Source of the DNA: Octopus sinensis
Lineage: Eukaryota
Direction: 5' to 3'
Assembly: GCF_006345805.1 (NCBI RefSeq)
Contig: NW_021828079.1
Coordinates: forward strand, 1 to 35,319
DNA: 35,319 nt
A program made the position numbers and the translations under genes. Positions 12,927 through 23,532 of the stretch are shown here, piece after piece; positions within the stretch are counted from its first letter, which is position 1, and each line of letters begins with the position of its first letter. The notes under the pieces were generated by a model. That model did not search any database. It saw nothing but the letters and a program-made list of their open reading frames with translations, and was not told the DNA's origin.

Positions 12927-13454
12927 GGGCCTGTAGTCTCTTGAATCTGCATTAGACACAGCTTGTAATGATTTTGGCTTGACCACCAAAAAAAAAAAAA
13001 AAAAAAGAAACAGTTGTAATGTTTCGATCTGCATGTGGTGCTGTTTCCAACCCCTTGAACATTTTCGTTGAGAGTAAGTTACTTGAGTTTGTTGACTCTT
13101 TCATTTACCTAGGAAGCTCTGTACAAAATGATGGAAATCTGAACACAGAAATACATCTGCGAATTCAAAGGGCAGCAGAAGCATTTGGTGATTTAGAGTC
13201 ACATGTTTGGCGCCAACAACATATAAATAACAACACCAAATTGGCTCTTTACGAATCCTTTGTCTTACCATCTCTGTTGCATTCTACTGAAATATGGATG
13301 TTTTATTAAGACATTTCAAATTGTTAGAACGATTCCACCAAAACTGCCTTCGCCGCATTTTAATCATTAAACGAGGCTTTTTTTTTACTCCAGACTCAAA
13401 TGTCTTTACGTCTGCAGGCACCACTTCAGTTAAATCAATGGTTCTGAAAAACCG

Positions 13455-13685
13455 AGGCGGCGAGCTGGCAGAAACGTTAGCACGCCGGGCGAAATGCTTA
13501 GCGGTATTTCGTCTGAGTTACGTTGTGAGTTCAAATTCCGCCGAGGTCGACTTTGCCTTTCATCCTTTCGGGGTCGATAAATTAAGTACCAGTTGCGCAC
13601 TGGGGTCGATGTAATCGACTTAATACCTATGTCTGTCCTTGTTTGTCCCCTCTGTGTTTAGCCCCTTGTGGGTAATAAAGAAATA
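13455..13685 (+). mobile_element. Family A SINE inserted in the LINE
   Basis: Full copy; 13 bp TSD GGTTCTGAAAAAC at 13440-13452 and 13686-13698. Confidence 0.92.
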
Positions 13686-13929
13686 GGTTCTGAAAAACTA
13701 TATGAGGTCTGTCCATATTGTTCGAATGGCGGATGAACGCACACCCAAACAGCTGTTTTATGGCGAGTTTGCAGAGGGGAAACGCCATCGGTGTATACCT
13801 AAAGAGAAGTTTAAGGACGGTATAAGGACTGCCATGAAGTCACTTGGAATAGATCCAAAAGCCATGGAATCCCTTGCTTCGGATCGGGCAGGATGGTGAA
13901 ACAAAAGCAGACTCACACACAAACATAGC

Positions 13930-14242
13930 AATGACGGCGACTAATGATGTTGAAGACGACGACGTCGACGGCGATGATGACGACGAAGTCGATGATGACG
14001 GCTTCGGTTTTGGTGATGATGATGATGATGGTAGTGTTAGTGGTGCTGGCGACGGTGGTGATGACGACGACGACGATGACAGGGATGATGATGGTCATTA
14101 TGATGATGATGATAATGAGGTTGATAACAAACAACGGCGATGACTATGCCGCTGCTGCTGCTGCTTCTGCTGTTGCTGCTGCTTGTAGAGGTTTTGGTTA
14201 CGAAACTGCTGGTAGTATTGTCAACGACGACGACGATGGTGG

Positions 14243-14273
<31 letters not shown>

Positions 14274-14697
14274 AGTGGTGGATGTGGTGAAGGTGGTGGT
14301 GGTGGTGATGATGATGATGGTGGTGGAGGTGGTGGTGGTGGTGATGATGATGATGATGATGATGATGTTGATGATGATGATGATGATGATGGTGGAGGTG
14401 GAGGTGGGAAGGTGGTGTTGGTGATGATGATGATGGTGGTGGAGGTGGTGGTGGTGGGGTGATATGAATGATGATGATGATGTTTGATGATTATGATGAT
14501 GATGATGGTGGAGGTGGAGGTGGTGAAGGTGGTGGTGGTGATGATGATGATGGTGGTGGAGGTGGTGGTGGTGGTGGTGATGATGATGATGATGATGATG
14601 TTGATGATGATGATGATGATGATGGTGGAGGTGGAGGTGGTGAAGGTGGTGGTGGTGATGATGATGATGGTGGTGGTGGAGGTGGTGGTGGTGGCGG

Positions 14698-14728
<31 letters not shown>

Positions 14729-14930
14729 GGTGGTGGTGGTGGTGGTGATGATGATGATGATATGATGTTGATGATGATGATATGATGATGGTGGAGGTGG
14801 AGGTGGTGAAGGTGGGGTGTGTGATTGAATGATGGTGGTGGTGGAGGTGGTGGTGGTGGTGATGATGATGATGATGGTGGTGGTGGTGGATGTGGTGAAG
14901 GTGGTGGTGGTGATGATGATGATGATGAAG
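13930..14930. repeat. (GAT)n/(GGT)n/(GAC)n mosaic with ~118 bp higher-order period
   Basis: Direct reading; the variant marker (T/G)GAAGG recurs at 14288, 14407, 14524 and 14641. Confidence 0.9.
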
Positions 14931-14994
14931 CGTACATAAATTTAGAATTGTTTGCTTTTGTTTGTATGTCAGTGTGCATGTGAACATGCAAATT

Positions 14995-15283
14995 AGATGT
15001 GTGTGTGTGTGTGCGCGCGCGCGCGCGCGTGTGTGTGTGTGCGCGTGCGTCTTTGTGTGTGTGCGATCGTGTTTGTAGATGTGTCTAAGATTCTCCGTGC
15101 ATGCATGCGCGCGTGCGCGCATGTGTAAGTGCGTGTGAGAGTGAGACTGAAAGTAAGAAAGAGAGAAAGAGAGAGAGAGAGAGAGAGGAAGAGAGCGAGA
15201 GCGAGGAGGATGGAGAGAGAGAGAAGAGCGTGTGTGTGTGTGTGTGTGAGTGCAAGTGAAAGAAAGAAAGAGAGAGAGAAAGA

Positions 15284-15340
<57 letters not shown>
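14995..15340. repeat. (TG)n/(CG)n and (GA)n microsatellites
   Basis: Direct reading. Confidence 0.95.
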
Positions 15341-15342
<2 letters not shown>

Positions 15343-15471
15343 GCTTGTGTCTTCATGCGTGAATGTTTACTTTTTAAGAGTCGCATTGGTATGTTTTCGT
15401 AATCACTTGATATCACCATGGTAGCTGCTTGCCTGCGACACAAAAAAGTATCTGCAACAGCAGCAGCAGCA

Positions 15472-15660
15472 GTGGAGGCGCAATGGCCCAGTGGTTAGAG
15501 CAGCGGACTCGCGGTCGTAAGAACGCGGTTTCGATTGATGTTTCGACAGGGCATTGTGAGTGTTTATTGAGCAAAAACACCTAAGCTCCACGAGGCTCCG
15601 GCGCGGGGTGGTGGTGGTGGTGAATTCCGCTGTACTCTTTCACCACAACTTTCTCTCACT
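15472..15660 (+). mobile_element. Family C SINE, 5' part only
   Basis: Matches 4406-~4585, then switches to family B sequence. Confidence 0.85.
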
Positions 15661-15831
15661 GTGTGGCAAGTAGCTTGTTTACCAACCACACGATTCCGGG
15701 TTCAGTCCCACTGCGTCGCACCTTGGGCAAGTGTCTTCTACTATAACCTCGGGCCGACCAAAAATTTGTGAGTGGATTTGGTAGACGGAAACTGAAAAAA
15801 AGCCCGTCGTATATATATATATATATATATA

Positions 15832-15990
15832 TAGGGAAAGTTTACGAAAAAAACAAAAGACGAAGACAGGTGGTGTACAAAACAAACAGATGTATTAGTA
15901 TAACGCTCAGGAACAGAAAAAGTCTTTTACGTTTCGAGCCTACGCTCTTCTACAGAAAGGGACACAGAAAAAACAAGGAGAGAAAAATAA
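15832..15990 (-). mobile_element. Element D (my label): short repeat carrying a minimal hammerhead-like motif
   Basis: Homologous copies at 21187, 22448 (fragment), 23533, 24621, 32158 and 35060; strand given is the ribozyme-sense strand. Confidence 0.85.
15922..15963 (-). ncRNA. Putative minimal type I hammerhead ribozyme, variant core (U6), GUA cleavage triplet
   Basis: Minus strand GTCCCTTT-CTGTAGA-A-GAGC(GTAG)GCTC-GAAAC-GTA-AAAGAC: stem I CTTT/AAAG, stem II hairpin, loopless palindromic ACGT helix III. Activity is inferred, not shown. Confidence 0.55.
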
Positions 15991-16321
15991 ATATAAAAAT
16001 AACGTAATGACAAAAATGACAGTTTTACGTCAGTGCGTGTTTGTGTGTCTGCGTTTGTCCCCCCAACATCACTCGACAACTGATGCTGGTGTGTTTACGT
16101 CCCTGCAACTTAGCGGTTCGGCATAAGAGACCGATAGAATAAGTATTAGGCTTCCAAAGAATAAGTCCTGGGGTCGATTTGCTCGACTAAGGGCGGTGCT
16201 CCAGCATGGCCGCAGTCAAATGACTGAAGTAAAAGAGTAGAATCGCCTCATTGCGACCTAAATAGGAAGTTTTTCTTTCCAAATGAGAAAGGGACAGGAC
16301 CCACAACTGGGAGTTCTTTTT

Positions 16322-16520
16322 ATATGATATTTACATGCAGGATACAGTCGAAAGCTTTGCTGACGTCACGGATGCCATCATTAGTTTTTGTAAATTTCTC
16401 TAAGGAAAGAGAGCCCACAGCTGATTGACAGAGAGAAGTAGGGCTCCAGTGAAATGTAGCTGTAGGGAAGCCATATTGGTTGTTGCTAAGAACAGGTCCT
16501 GCCTGCACAAAAGTCGTTCA
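16322..16520 (-). pseudogene. LINE reverse transcriptase fragment (CR1/Jockey-like group)
   Basis: LSNNQYGF, TGALL (second frame) and DVSKAFDCILH correspond to the QYGFR...STGDLL...DISKAFDRVWH block of LINE RTs. Confidence 0.72.
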
Positions 16521-16661
16521 TGTTGGAGGTATTTGTTTCGGCCCATTAATTTTTGAGTTCGAATCTCACGAAGTTCAACTTAGATTTTGATTCTTATGGA
16601 ATCGATAAAATATGATACCTGTCAAGTACTTCAGTCGATAATTATACATACATTAACCTTA

Positions 16662-16860
16662 AGGCGGCGAACTGGTAGGACGGTTAGCTCGCCGGGCAAA
16701 ATTCTTAGCAGTATTTCGTCAGTCTTTACGTTCTGAGTTCAAATTCCGCCGAGGTCGACCTTGCCTTTCATCCTTTCGGAGGAACGATTAAAATTAGTAC
16801 CATTTGAACACCAGGGTCAACGTTATCGACTTATCCCTTCCACAAAGCTGCAGGTCCTGG
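16662..16860 (+). mobile_element. Family A SINE, diverged
   Basis: AGGCGGCGAACTGG...TTCAAATTCCGCCGAGGTCGACC...CTTTCATCCTTTCGG. Confidence 0.8.
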
Positions 16861-16995
16861 GACTATTATGGAAAGGATATCATGTATTAATCTTACTCCA
16901 GAAAATTCTGGTTTTGTTCCCGAAATCTGGTGGTGTAGGTTTCGAAAATATCATGATGATGATGTTGATCATCATCATCATTACAATCATTATTA

Positions 16996-17170
16996 AGGCG
17001 GCGAATTGGTACAATCGTTACCGTATCGTCCGCCTTTACGTTGTGAGTTCAAATTTCGCCGAGGTCGACTTTACTTTTCGGGGGTCATTAAAATAATTAC
17101 CAATTGATAACAAGGGTCGATATAATCGACTTGGCCCCCCCCGAACCTGTTGGCCTGGTGCCAAAATTTG

Positions 17171-17175
<5 letters not shown>
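16996..17175 (+). mobile_element. Family A SINE, diverged and internally deleted
   Basis: AGGCGGCGAATTGG...TTCAAATTTCGCCGAGGTCGAC...GGGTCGATATAATCGACTT. Confidence 0.75.
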
Positions 17176-17203
<28 letters not shown>

Positions 17204-17204
<1 letters not shown>

Positions 17205-17776
17205 TATTATTATTATTATTATTATTATTGAGTGAGAGAGCAGTTCATGCCATCAAAGTGACACTGGGGTAAAATATACGAAGCCCAATATACCCATCAT
17301 GACTACCCGTCTGATAAAGGTACACCAGGCACATGCATCACAACCATATGTGCGCGACATGGTGATCTCATATCAAGAAATAACAGCACATGACCTTGCA
17401 GGTGGGGCCCAGTTAGAATTTTCTTCAGGTTGAGTAGCCCATCCCGCTCAAACGGTCCCTGAATAAGGGTTGTTTAAGGATGTTGAAAGAACCACCCATG
17501 TTTCCAGAGGTGAACTATTCAAACCCCAAAGAATCCCTCTCAACACATGGCTATGATGCTCCCCCACTACTTCTGCTCATGATCAGAGATGCACATCGTC
17601 AGCCACTAAGGGACATGCTCAACTGGTTACGGTCAAACAACTGACAAGCAAATCTGTGGTATTGGCAAGAATATTTGCTGTAGCCCATCTTTTATACCAA
17701 GACAAAACAATGTACATGATAACACTTCCAATCAGTTAAGATCAGAAGCCAGAGAGCCACTGCCTGGTACTTGCAT
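17204..17776 (-). mobile_element. Second copy of the ~550 bp (AAT)n-embedded repeat
   Basis: Reverse complement of 7860-8430; (ATT)n on both sides. Confidence 0.85.
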
Positions 17777-17784
17777 TATTATTA

Positions 17785-17830
<46 letters not shown>

Positions 17831-17908
17831 GACAGTAGGTCTACTAGTAGCAGAAGCAGCTGCGGCAGAAGTGGTAGCAGAAGCAGCAGCAGCAGCAGTA
17901 GTAGCACC

Positions 17909-17957
<49 letters not shown>

Positions 17958-18127
17958 ATTGTAAGTAGTGTATGTAATAGCAGAAGCAGAGACATCAGCA
18001 ACCGACTGGAAAACAACATAATTACTCCGTAACACTGCAATCATCATTAACTTCCTCAGAAACACATCGTGGCTTTACAGAAGTAGCATCACCCTTGTCG
18101 CTACATTCGCCGTGATCATCACCATAA

Positions 18128-18158
<31 letters not shown>

Positions 18159-19740
18159 GTCGTCGTCGTCGTCGTCGTCATCACCACCTTCACCACCACC
18201 ACCACCACCACCACCATCATCATCATCATATTATGATCAACATCAACATCATCGGTATCACACACTCATGATCTACACCACCACCACCACCTCTACCTCC
18301 ACCACCACTACCATCAGCTACACCACCATCATCACCAACATCATCATCGTCGTCGTCTTTGTCATCGTCATCATCATCGTCATCATCATCACCACGACCA
18401 CGACCACCTCTGCCCCCACCCTCACCAACATCATCACCGTCATCATCATCATCATCGTCATCACCAACACCACCACCTCAGCCACCGCCTGCATTCCCAC
18501 CACCACCACCAACATCATCGTTGTCGTCTTTGTCATCGTCATCATCGTCATCATCACAACCACCACCACCACCACCACCACCAACCCACAACAAGAACAA
18601 CATCAACAACAACAGCAACAACAACAACATGGATGCTTCTACTCTAATCTATTTTCGCATTTAAGCTCCTTCCCTTTGCATCATACCCCCCCCCCCCACC
18701 TACACCCCTCTTTCCCATCGCCACCAACACGTTCTTCTCTTTTCTTTATTCTGCTTTACTACCCAGGAGCAAGACAGCTGTCATTGCCGTTTATACTACA
18801 GTCCACCCCACTCACCTACCCTATGGTACCTACCATCTTTTTTTAAACTGCTATTCCCTCCCCCACCCTTACCCCCCACCAATAAAGTCACACCGCCAGA
18901 ATTACCAGCAGCAGCACCAGAGCAGCATCGTCACCATCATCTTTATCACCACATCTCCTACCATCCCCAAAGCTGTCATATCTACGAACACCACTACCAC
19001 CACCATACCGCCGCCGCTACCACTCCACCCCCACCTCCACAACCAACACCACCAACGCTACTATTTCCATCACCGCTGCCGCTGCCACCGCCAAACCAAA
19101 GACCTTAAACTCCTCTTCATAGTCCCTAACACTACCCTTAAGACCACCACCACCACCACCACCATCACCGACGTAACTTCGAACCATCATGGGGGCTTCT
19201 AGAAATAGTATCCTAATATCCCTCAAATTACGTACTGGCATCTTAGGAACAAAAAAGACAATTGAATAATGTGGTTCTGGGTACCTTATGTGTAAGGAAT
19301 CGAATGAGATGGTCACAGCTGGAAAGCTGTCCATTGTAGGTTTGCTTGTCCAAGAATCACGTCGCTTGTCCAGCATTTACCGACGCGACCACCGTCACCA
19401 TCACTTTATACGACACCGCAGCCACCATCACCACTACCACCGCCACCACCGCCACCTTCTTTGACACAACTACCATCCCCGCCGCGACCATCCTCGCTAT
19501 CACCATCACCAATATCATCATCAACATTCTCATCTCTCCACCACCATCATCACTACCTCCACCATCGCCACCACCAAGACGACGACCACCAACTCCACCA
19601 TCCTACCGTCATCGTCGCCGCCGTAGCAATCACCAGCATCAACAACACCACCAAAACCATACCCACCACCACCATCAACACCATACCCATCATCGGCCCC
19701 CATCACCTGCCCTCCACTCACCCCGACATCACTTAATGTG
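17775..19740. repeat. Cryptically simple (ATT/TAG/CAG/CAT/CAC/CAA)n mosaic
   Basis: Direct reading; all frames give homopolymeric peptides. Confidence 0.85.
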
Positions 19741-20002
19741 AAATACATTTATCACCAAAACATAAAGGCTTTTATTGTCTTCATTTTTCTTAGCAATGTC
19801 TTCTGTTCAGCCGAAAATAACCCCCAAACCCCACCGACCCACCCAGCACTTCATAACTCAGAGCCCCATACCTAGCCAACCCACCTCCAAGTATCACCCC
19901 AACTGTATTTCTATCCTGTGCACAGGGTCTCTTTTAAAAATACTACCCCATGTCGTAATCTACTCACTCATTGCACACACGCACGCACGCACACACACAC
20001 AC

Positions 20003-20041
<39 letters not shown>

Positions 20042-20118
20042 ACGCACAGAGGCGCGCGCACATAGATATAATGATTGCTTTCACAAACTAGAGTACGAGC
20101 ACTTAATGCATAAAACAA

Positions 20119-20523
20119 GAGTGTGGCTGTGTGGTAAGTAGCTTGCTTACCAACCACATGGTTCCGGGTTCAGTCCCACTACGTGGCACCTTGGGCAAGT
20201 GTCTTCTGCTATAGCCTCGGGCCGACCAATGCCTTGTGAGTGGATTTGGTAGACGGAAACTGAAAGAAGCCTGTCGTATATATGTATATATATATGTGTG
20301 TCTGTATGTGTTTGTGTGTCTGTGTTTGTCCCCCTAGCATTGCTTGACAACCGATGCTGGTGTGTTTACGTCCCCATCACTTAGCGGTTCGGCAAAAAGT
20401 GACCGATAGAATAAGTACTGGGCTTACAAAGAATAAGTCTCGGGGTCGATTTGCTCGACTAAAGGCGGTGCTACAGCATGGCCGCAGTCAAATGAATGAA
20501 ACAAGTAAAAGAGTAAAAGAGTA
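20119..20523 (+). mobile_element. Family B SINE, full length
   Basis: Matches the other family B copies end to end, tail (GTAAAAGA)n. Confidence 0.9.
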
Positions 20524-20937
20524 TATGTCCTTAAAATATATAGGGTAGCGAATATTTTTAGAAATTTCACCACCAGTGGTCTAGCATGTATAAAAGGTCA
20601 ATAGACAACATATTCTCAATATAAAATAGTGTACATTTTAACACGAGAGAAACTACCATAAACAGGTAATTTTATACACCAGAAGCAGTCAAAACGACCC
20701 AAAACCACATTTAAGAGCAATTTTCGAAGGCAATGAAAAATAAAAACTTTTACCGTGTTATTTTTTTACGGTTATACCTAGGTTTCAAATTTCGCCTTGC
20801 AAATTATTTTATTTGCTAAAAAAATTTGAAACATAGCGAAATCACGTGATCTGGTTTTTCCGGCGACAGTAGCGGACGGTCATCGCTCGTCAGCGATATA
20901 AAAACGAGTTCTTTTATGCACCAGGAGTATGTGTTGT

Positions 20938-20972
<35 letters not shown>

Positions 20973-21014
20973 ATGTGTGAGTATGTGTATGTGTATGTAT
21001 ATATAGACAGATAA

Positions 21015-21053
<39 letters not shown>

Positions 21054-21102
21054 AGGTTTTTATCCAGCATGCGGCAGCTGCATGGCTGAAACGAATAAAG
21101 GA

Positions 21103-21173
<71 letters not shown>

Positions 21174-21186
21174 TATATATATATAT

Positions 21187-21380
21187 GGGGAGAGTTTACA
21201 AAAAAAAAACATGAGACGAAGACAGGTGTGTACAAACAAAACTGATGTATTAGTATAACACTCAGGAATAGAAAAAGTCTTTTACGTTTCGAGCCTACGC
21301 TCTTCTACAGAAAGGGACACAGAAAAACACGAGGAAACCAGGAGAGAAAAATAATGTGTGCAGTGGCTAACGATCTATCA
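21187..21380 (-). mobile_element. Element D between (TA)n tracts
   Basis: Homologous to 15832-15990; hammerhead-like motif at 21277-21318 (core CTGTAGA, GUA). Confidence 0.85.
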
Positions 21381-21398
21381 TATATAATATATGTATGT

Positions 21399-21476
<78 letters not shown>

Positions 21477-21489
21477 ATATATATATATA

Positions 21490-21725
21490 TGTTTGTGTTT
21501 GCGTTTGTGCCTCATCACTCATCGCTTCGCAATCGGTTTTGAACTGATTTCGTCCCCATGACTTAGCAGTTCAGGAAACAGAGAAGAATAGAATAAGTAT
21601 CAAGCTGAAAAAAAACAAGATAAGCAGTTATGTCGATTCGTTGAATTAAAAAAAAAACTTTATAAACTTTCCAAGCGGTGCCCCAGCTTGGCCGGCCTCA
21701 TTCTAATAACTGACACAAGTAAAAA
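21490..21725 (+). mobile_element. Degenerate family B 3' half
   Basis: TGTTTGCGTTTGTGCC...GACTTAGCAGTTCAGG...TAGAATAAGTAT...GCGGTGCCCCAGC. Confidence 0.6.
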
Positions 21726-22398
21726 AAAAACAAAACAACAAAAAAAAAAAAAACGAAATAAGCGATAAATGATAAAAGACACAGGCTTTCAGAGTTCTCT
21801 TATTTTACTATGAACGAAATGCCGTATCTCGAGGTATTTGCTTACGTCGTTCTCAAGTAGGGAGACATTGACACTGAAGATAAAAACTTGGCACATGTAA
21901 CAACTCGCTCGCACGCATACACAAAACACATACACTCGTACATGCTCGAAGCCATACGTACGTATACACACATGCAAATGTGTATGGAAAAGAACGAGCG
22001 TACACACCTCCCCTTACATGCTGAAGAATGCCAGCTGATAAATTTGTATGTGCAGACATTTGGCAGAAATTCACACAACGATTCATACCGCTTCATGTTT
22101 TTTGCCTCTTTTCCCCACCAAAATTTCCTCATTTGAATAATTTGCAATCGCTTTCACAATTTACTTGTTTTACGATCTGGAACCGACACTCTATTGGCAC
22201 TTTGTGATAACGTAGATATATTAGGCGAGGGCCGTGGTCTATATTTGTAAAACAACGCATGTTTTACAGATGGAAACAAAATCTGGTAAATATTTGATAT
22301 ACATTTTGCTCGCCCAATATTTTGAAAAAAATGAAGTCGAAGTCAGCGACACGAAACTATAAAAGTATACGAGCAGAATATAAGAAAAAATAAATGCG

Positions 22399-22456
22399 CC
22401 CTTTTTAAAGCCTAGCCAGGCTCAGGAGCCCGGTTTCCCGGTTTCTATCGCGTATG
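22399..22456 (-). mobile_element. 3' end of a family E SINE (my label), detached from its head
   Basis: Reverse complement GAAACCGGGAAACCGGGCTCCTGAGCC matches 32950-32990. Confidence 0.6.
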
Positions 22457-22503
22457 TTGTCTACAGCACCTGTCTTCGTCTTCTGTTTTTTTGTGAATTC
22501 TCT
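22448..22503 (+). mobile_element. Element D terminal fragment, no ribozyme motif
   Basis: TATGTTGTCTACAGCACCTGTCTTCGTCTT...GTGAATTCTC matches 32240-32300. Confidence 0.75.
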
Positions 22504-22517
22504 CTCTCTCTCTCCCC

Positions 22518-22554
<37 letters not shown>

Positions 22555-22873
22555 ATATAGATATAGTATATATAATATATATAAAATTAGTTCATGTTTA
22601 AAACCTCGCTAAGATAAATTTCAGTCACCTGAAGATTGACTGTGTAACTCGAATTATTACGAATTGGACAGCCATGAAACGATCGTAGTGTTATACTCAT
22701 TATCTTTTTTTAATAATTTTGATATATTATTTAATAATATAAATTAATTAATCTTATGTATTGGCTTAAGGTTTTCATTGTATGATTTGCCTAATAGTGG
22801 TTTTATCTCTAAATTTAATATAATATCTATCTATCTATCTATCTATATCTATCTATCTATCTATCTATCATCT

Positions 22874-22905
<32 letters not shown>

Positions 22906-23037
22906 CTATCTATCTATCTCTATCTATCTGTCTATCTATCTATCTATATATATATATATACACATAAGTGAAAACTCATGGCTCAGTGATTAGAGCGTCA
23001 AACTTACATCGTGAGGCTGTGAGCTCGATTCCCGGCT

Positions 23038-23220
23038 CCCCAGCTGGATGGGAGCCAGTCCATCGCAGCGTTACTCCTTTTTGCCGGCTGAGTGGACTTG
23101 GAGCAACGTGAAATGAAGTGATTTGCTCAAGAACTCAACGCGTCGCCCGGTCCAGGAATCGAAACTACAATCGTACGATCATGATGCTGACACCCTAACC
23201 ACTAAGCCACGCGCCTCCAC
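23038..23220 (-). mobile_element. Family E SINE head and central domain
   Basis: Minus strand GTGGAGGCGCGTGGCTTAGTGGTTAGG...GTTTCGATTCC...CTGCGATGGACTGGCTCCCATCCAG. Confidence 0.75.
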
Positions 23221-23386
23221 ATACGAGCAGAATATGATACTGGAAAAATCTTTGAGTCTAATTATTTATGTAACTCTCTTATATACGTAATTCTGTTATA
23301 AATGGAACTCTCTGTTATGCATGAAATTCCCTACTCCTTTTTTTTCAGTAGCAGCTTGATGTATTGGTGAAAAGTAAACGGTGTTA

Positions 23387-23426
<40 letters not shown>

Positions 23427-23501
23427 TACTCTTTTACTTGTTTCAGTCATTTGACTGCGGCCATGCTGGAGCACTGCCTTTAGTCGAATCAAATCGACCC
23501 C
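23427..23501 (-). mobile_element. Family B 3' end fragment
   Basis: CTCTTTTACTTGTTTCAGTCATTTGACTGCGGCCATGCTGGAGCAC. Confidence 0.85.
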
Positions 23502-23532
23502 TATATATAGATATATATATAGCGGTGGGGGC

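Larger units (their letters stand above)
12048..13899 (+). mobile_element. 5'-truncated RTE-type LINE (reverse transcriptase pseudogene) interrupted by two SINEs
   Basis: Translation gives VDLSKAFD, GVKQGD..APTIF, LLYADD, FIYLGS, LERFHQNCLRRIL, RMADERTPKQLFYGE...DRAGW in three segments (12048-12523, 12981-13452, 13686-13899) with stops and frameshifts. Confidence 0.92.
15660..16239 (+). mobile_element. Family B SINE interrupted by element D at its central (TA)n
   Basis: Head 15660-15810, element D 15832-15990, family B 3' half ~16030-16239. Confidence 0.85.

Noticed and set aside
14037-15443. 468 aa His/Ile/Thr-rich ORF, the longest in the window
   Set aside because: Stop-free only because (CAT/CAC)n and (CT)n/(CA)n repeats lack stops in that frame.
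19190-19370. Unique-looking island inside the CAC/CAT mosaic, possibly a LINE 3' end on the minus strand (HYSIVFFVPK..RNL)
   Set aside because: Similarity to LINE C-termini is too weak to call.
13930-19740. GAT/GGT block (13.9-14.9 kb) and CAT/CAC blocks (18.1-19.7 kb) as arms of an inverted duplication
   Set aside because: Complementary in composition only; the variant patterns do not align.
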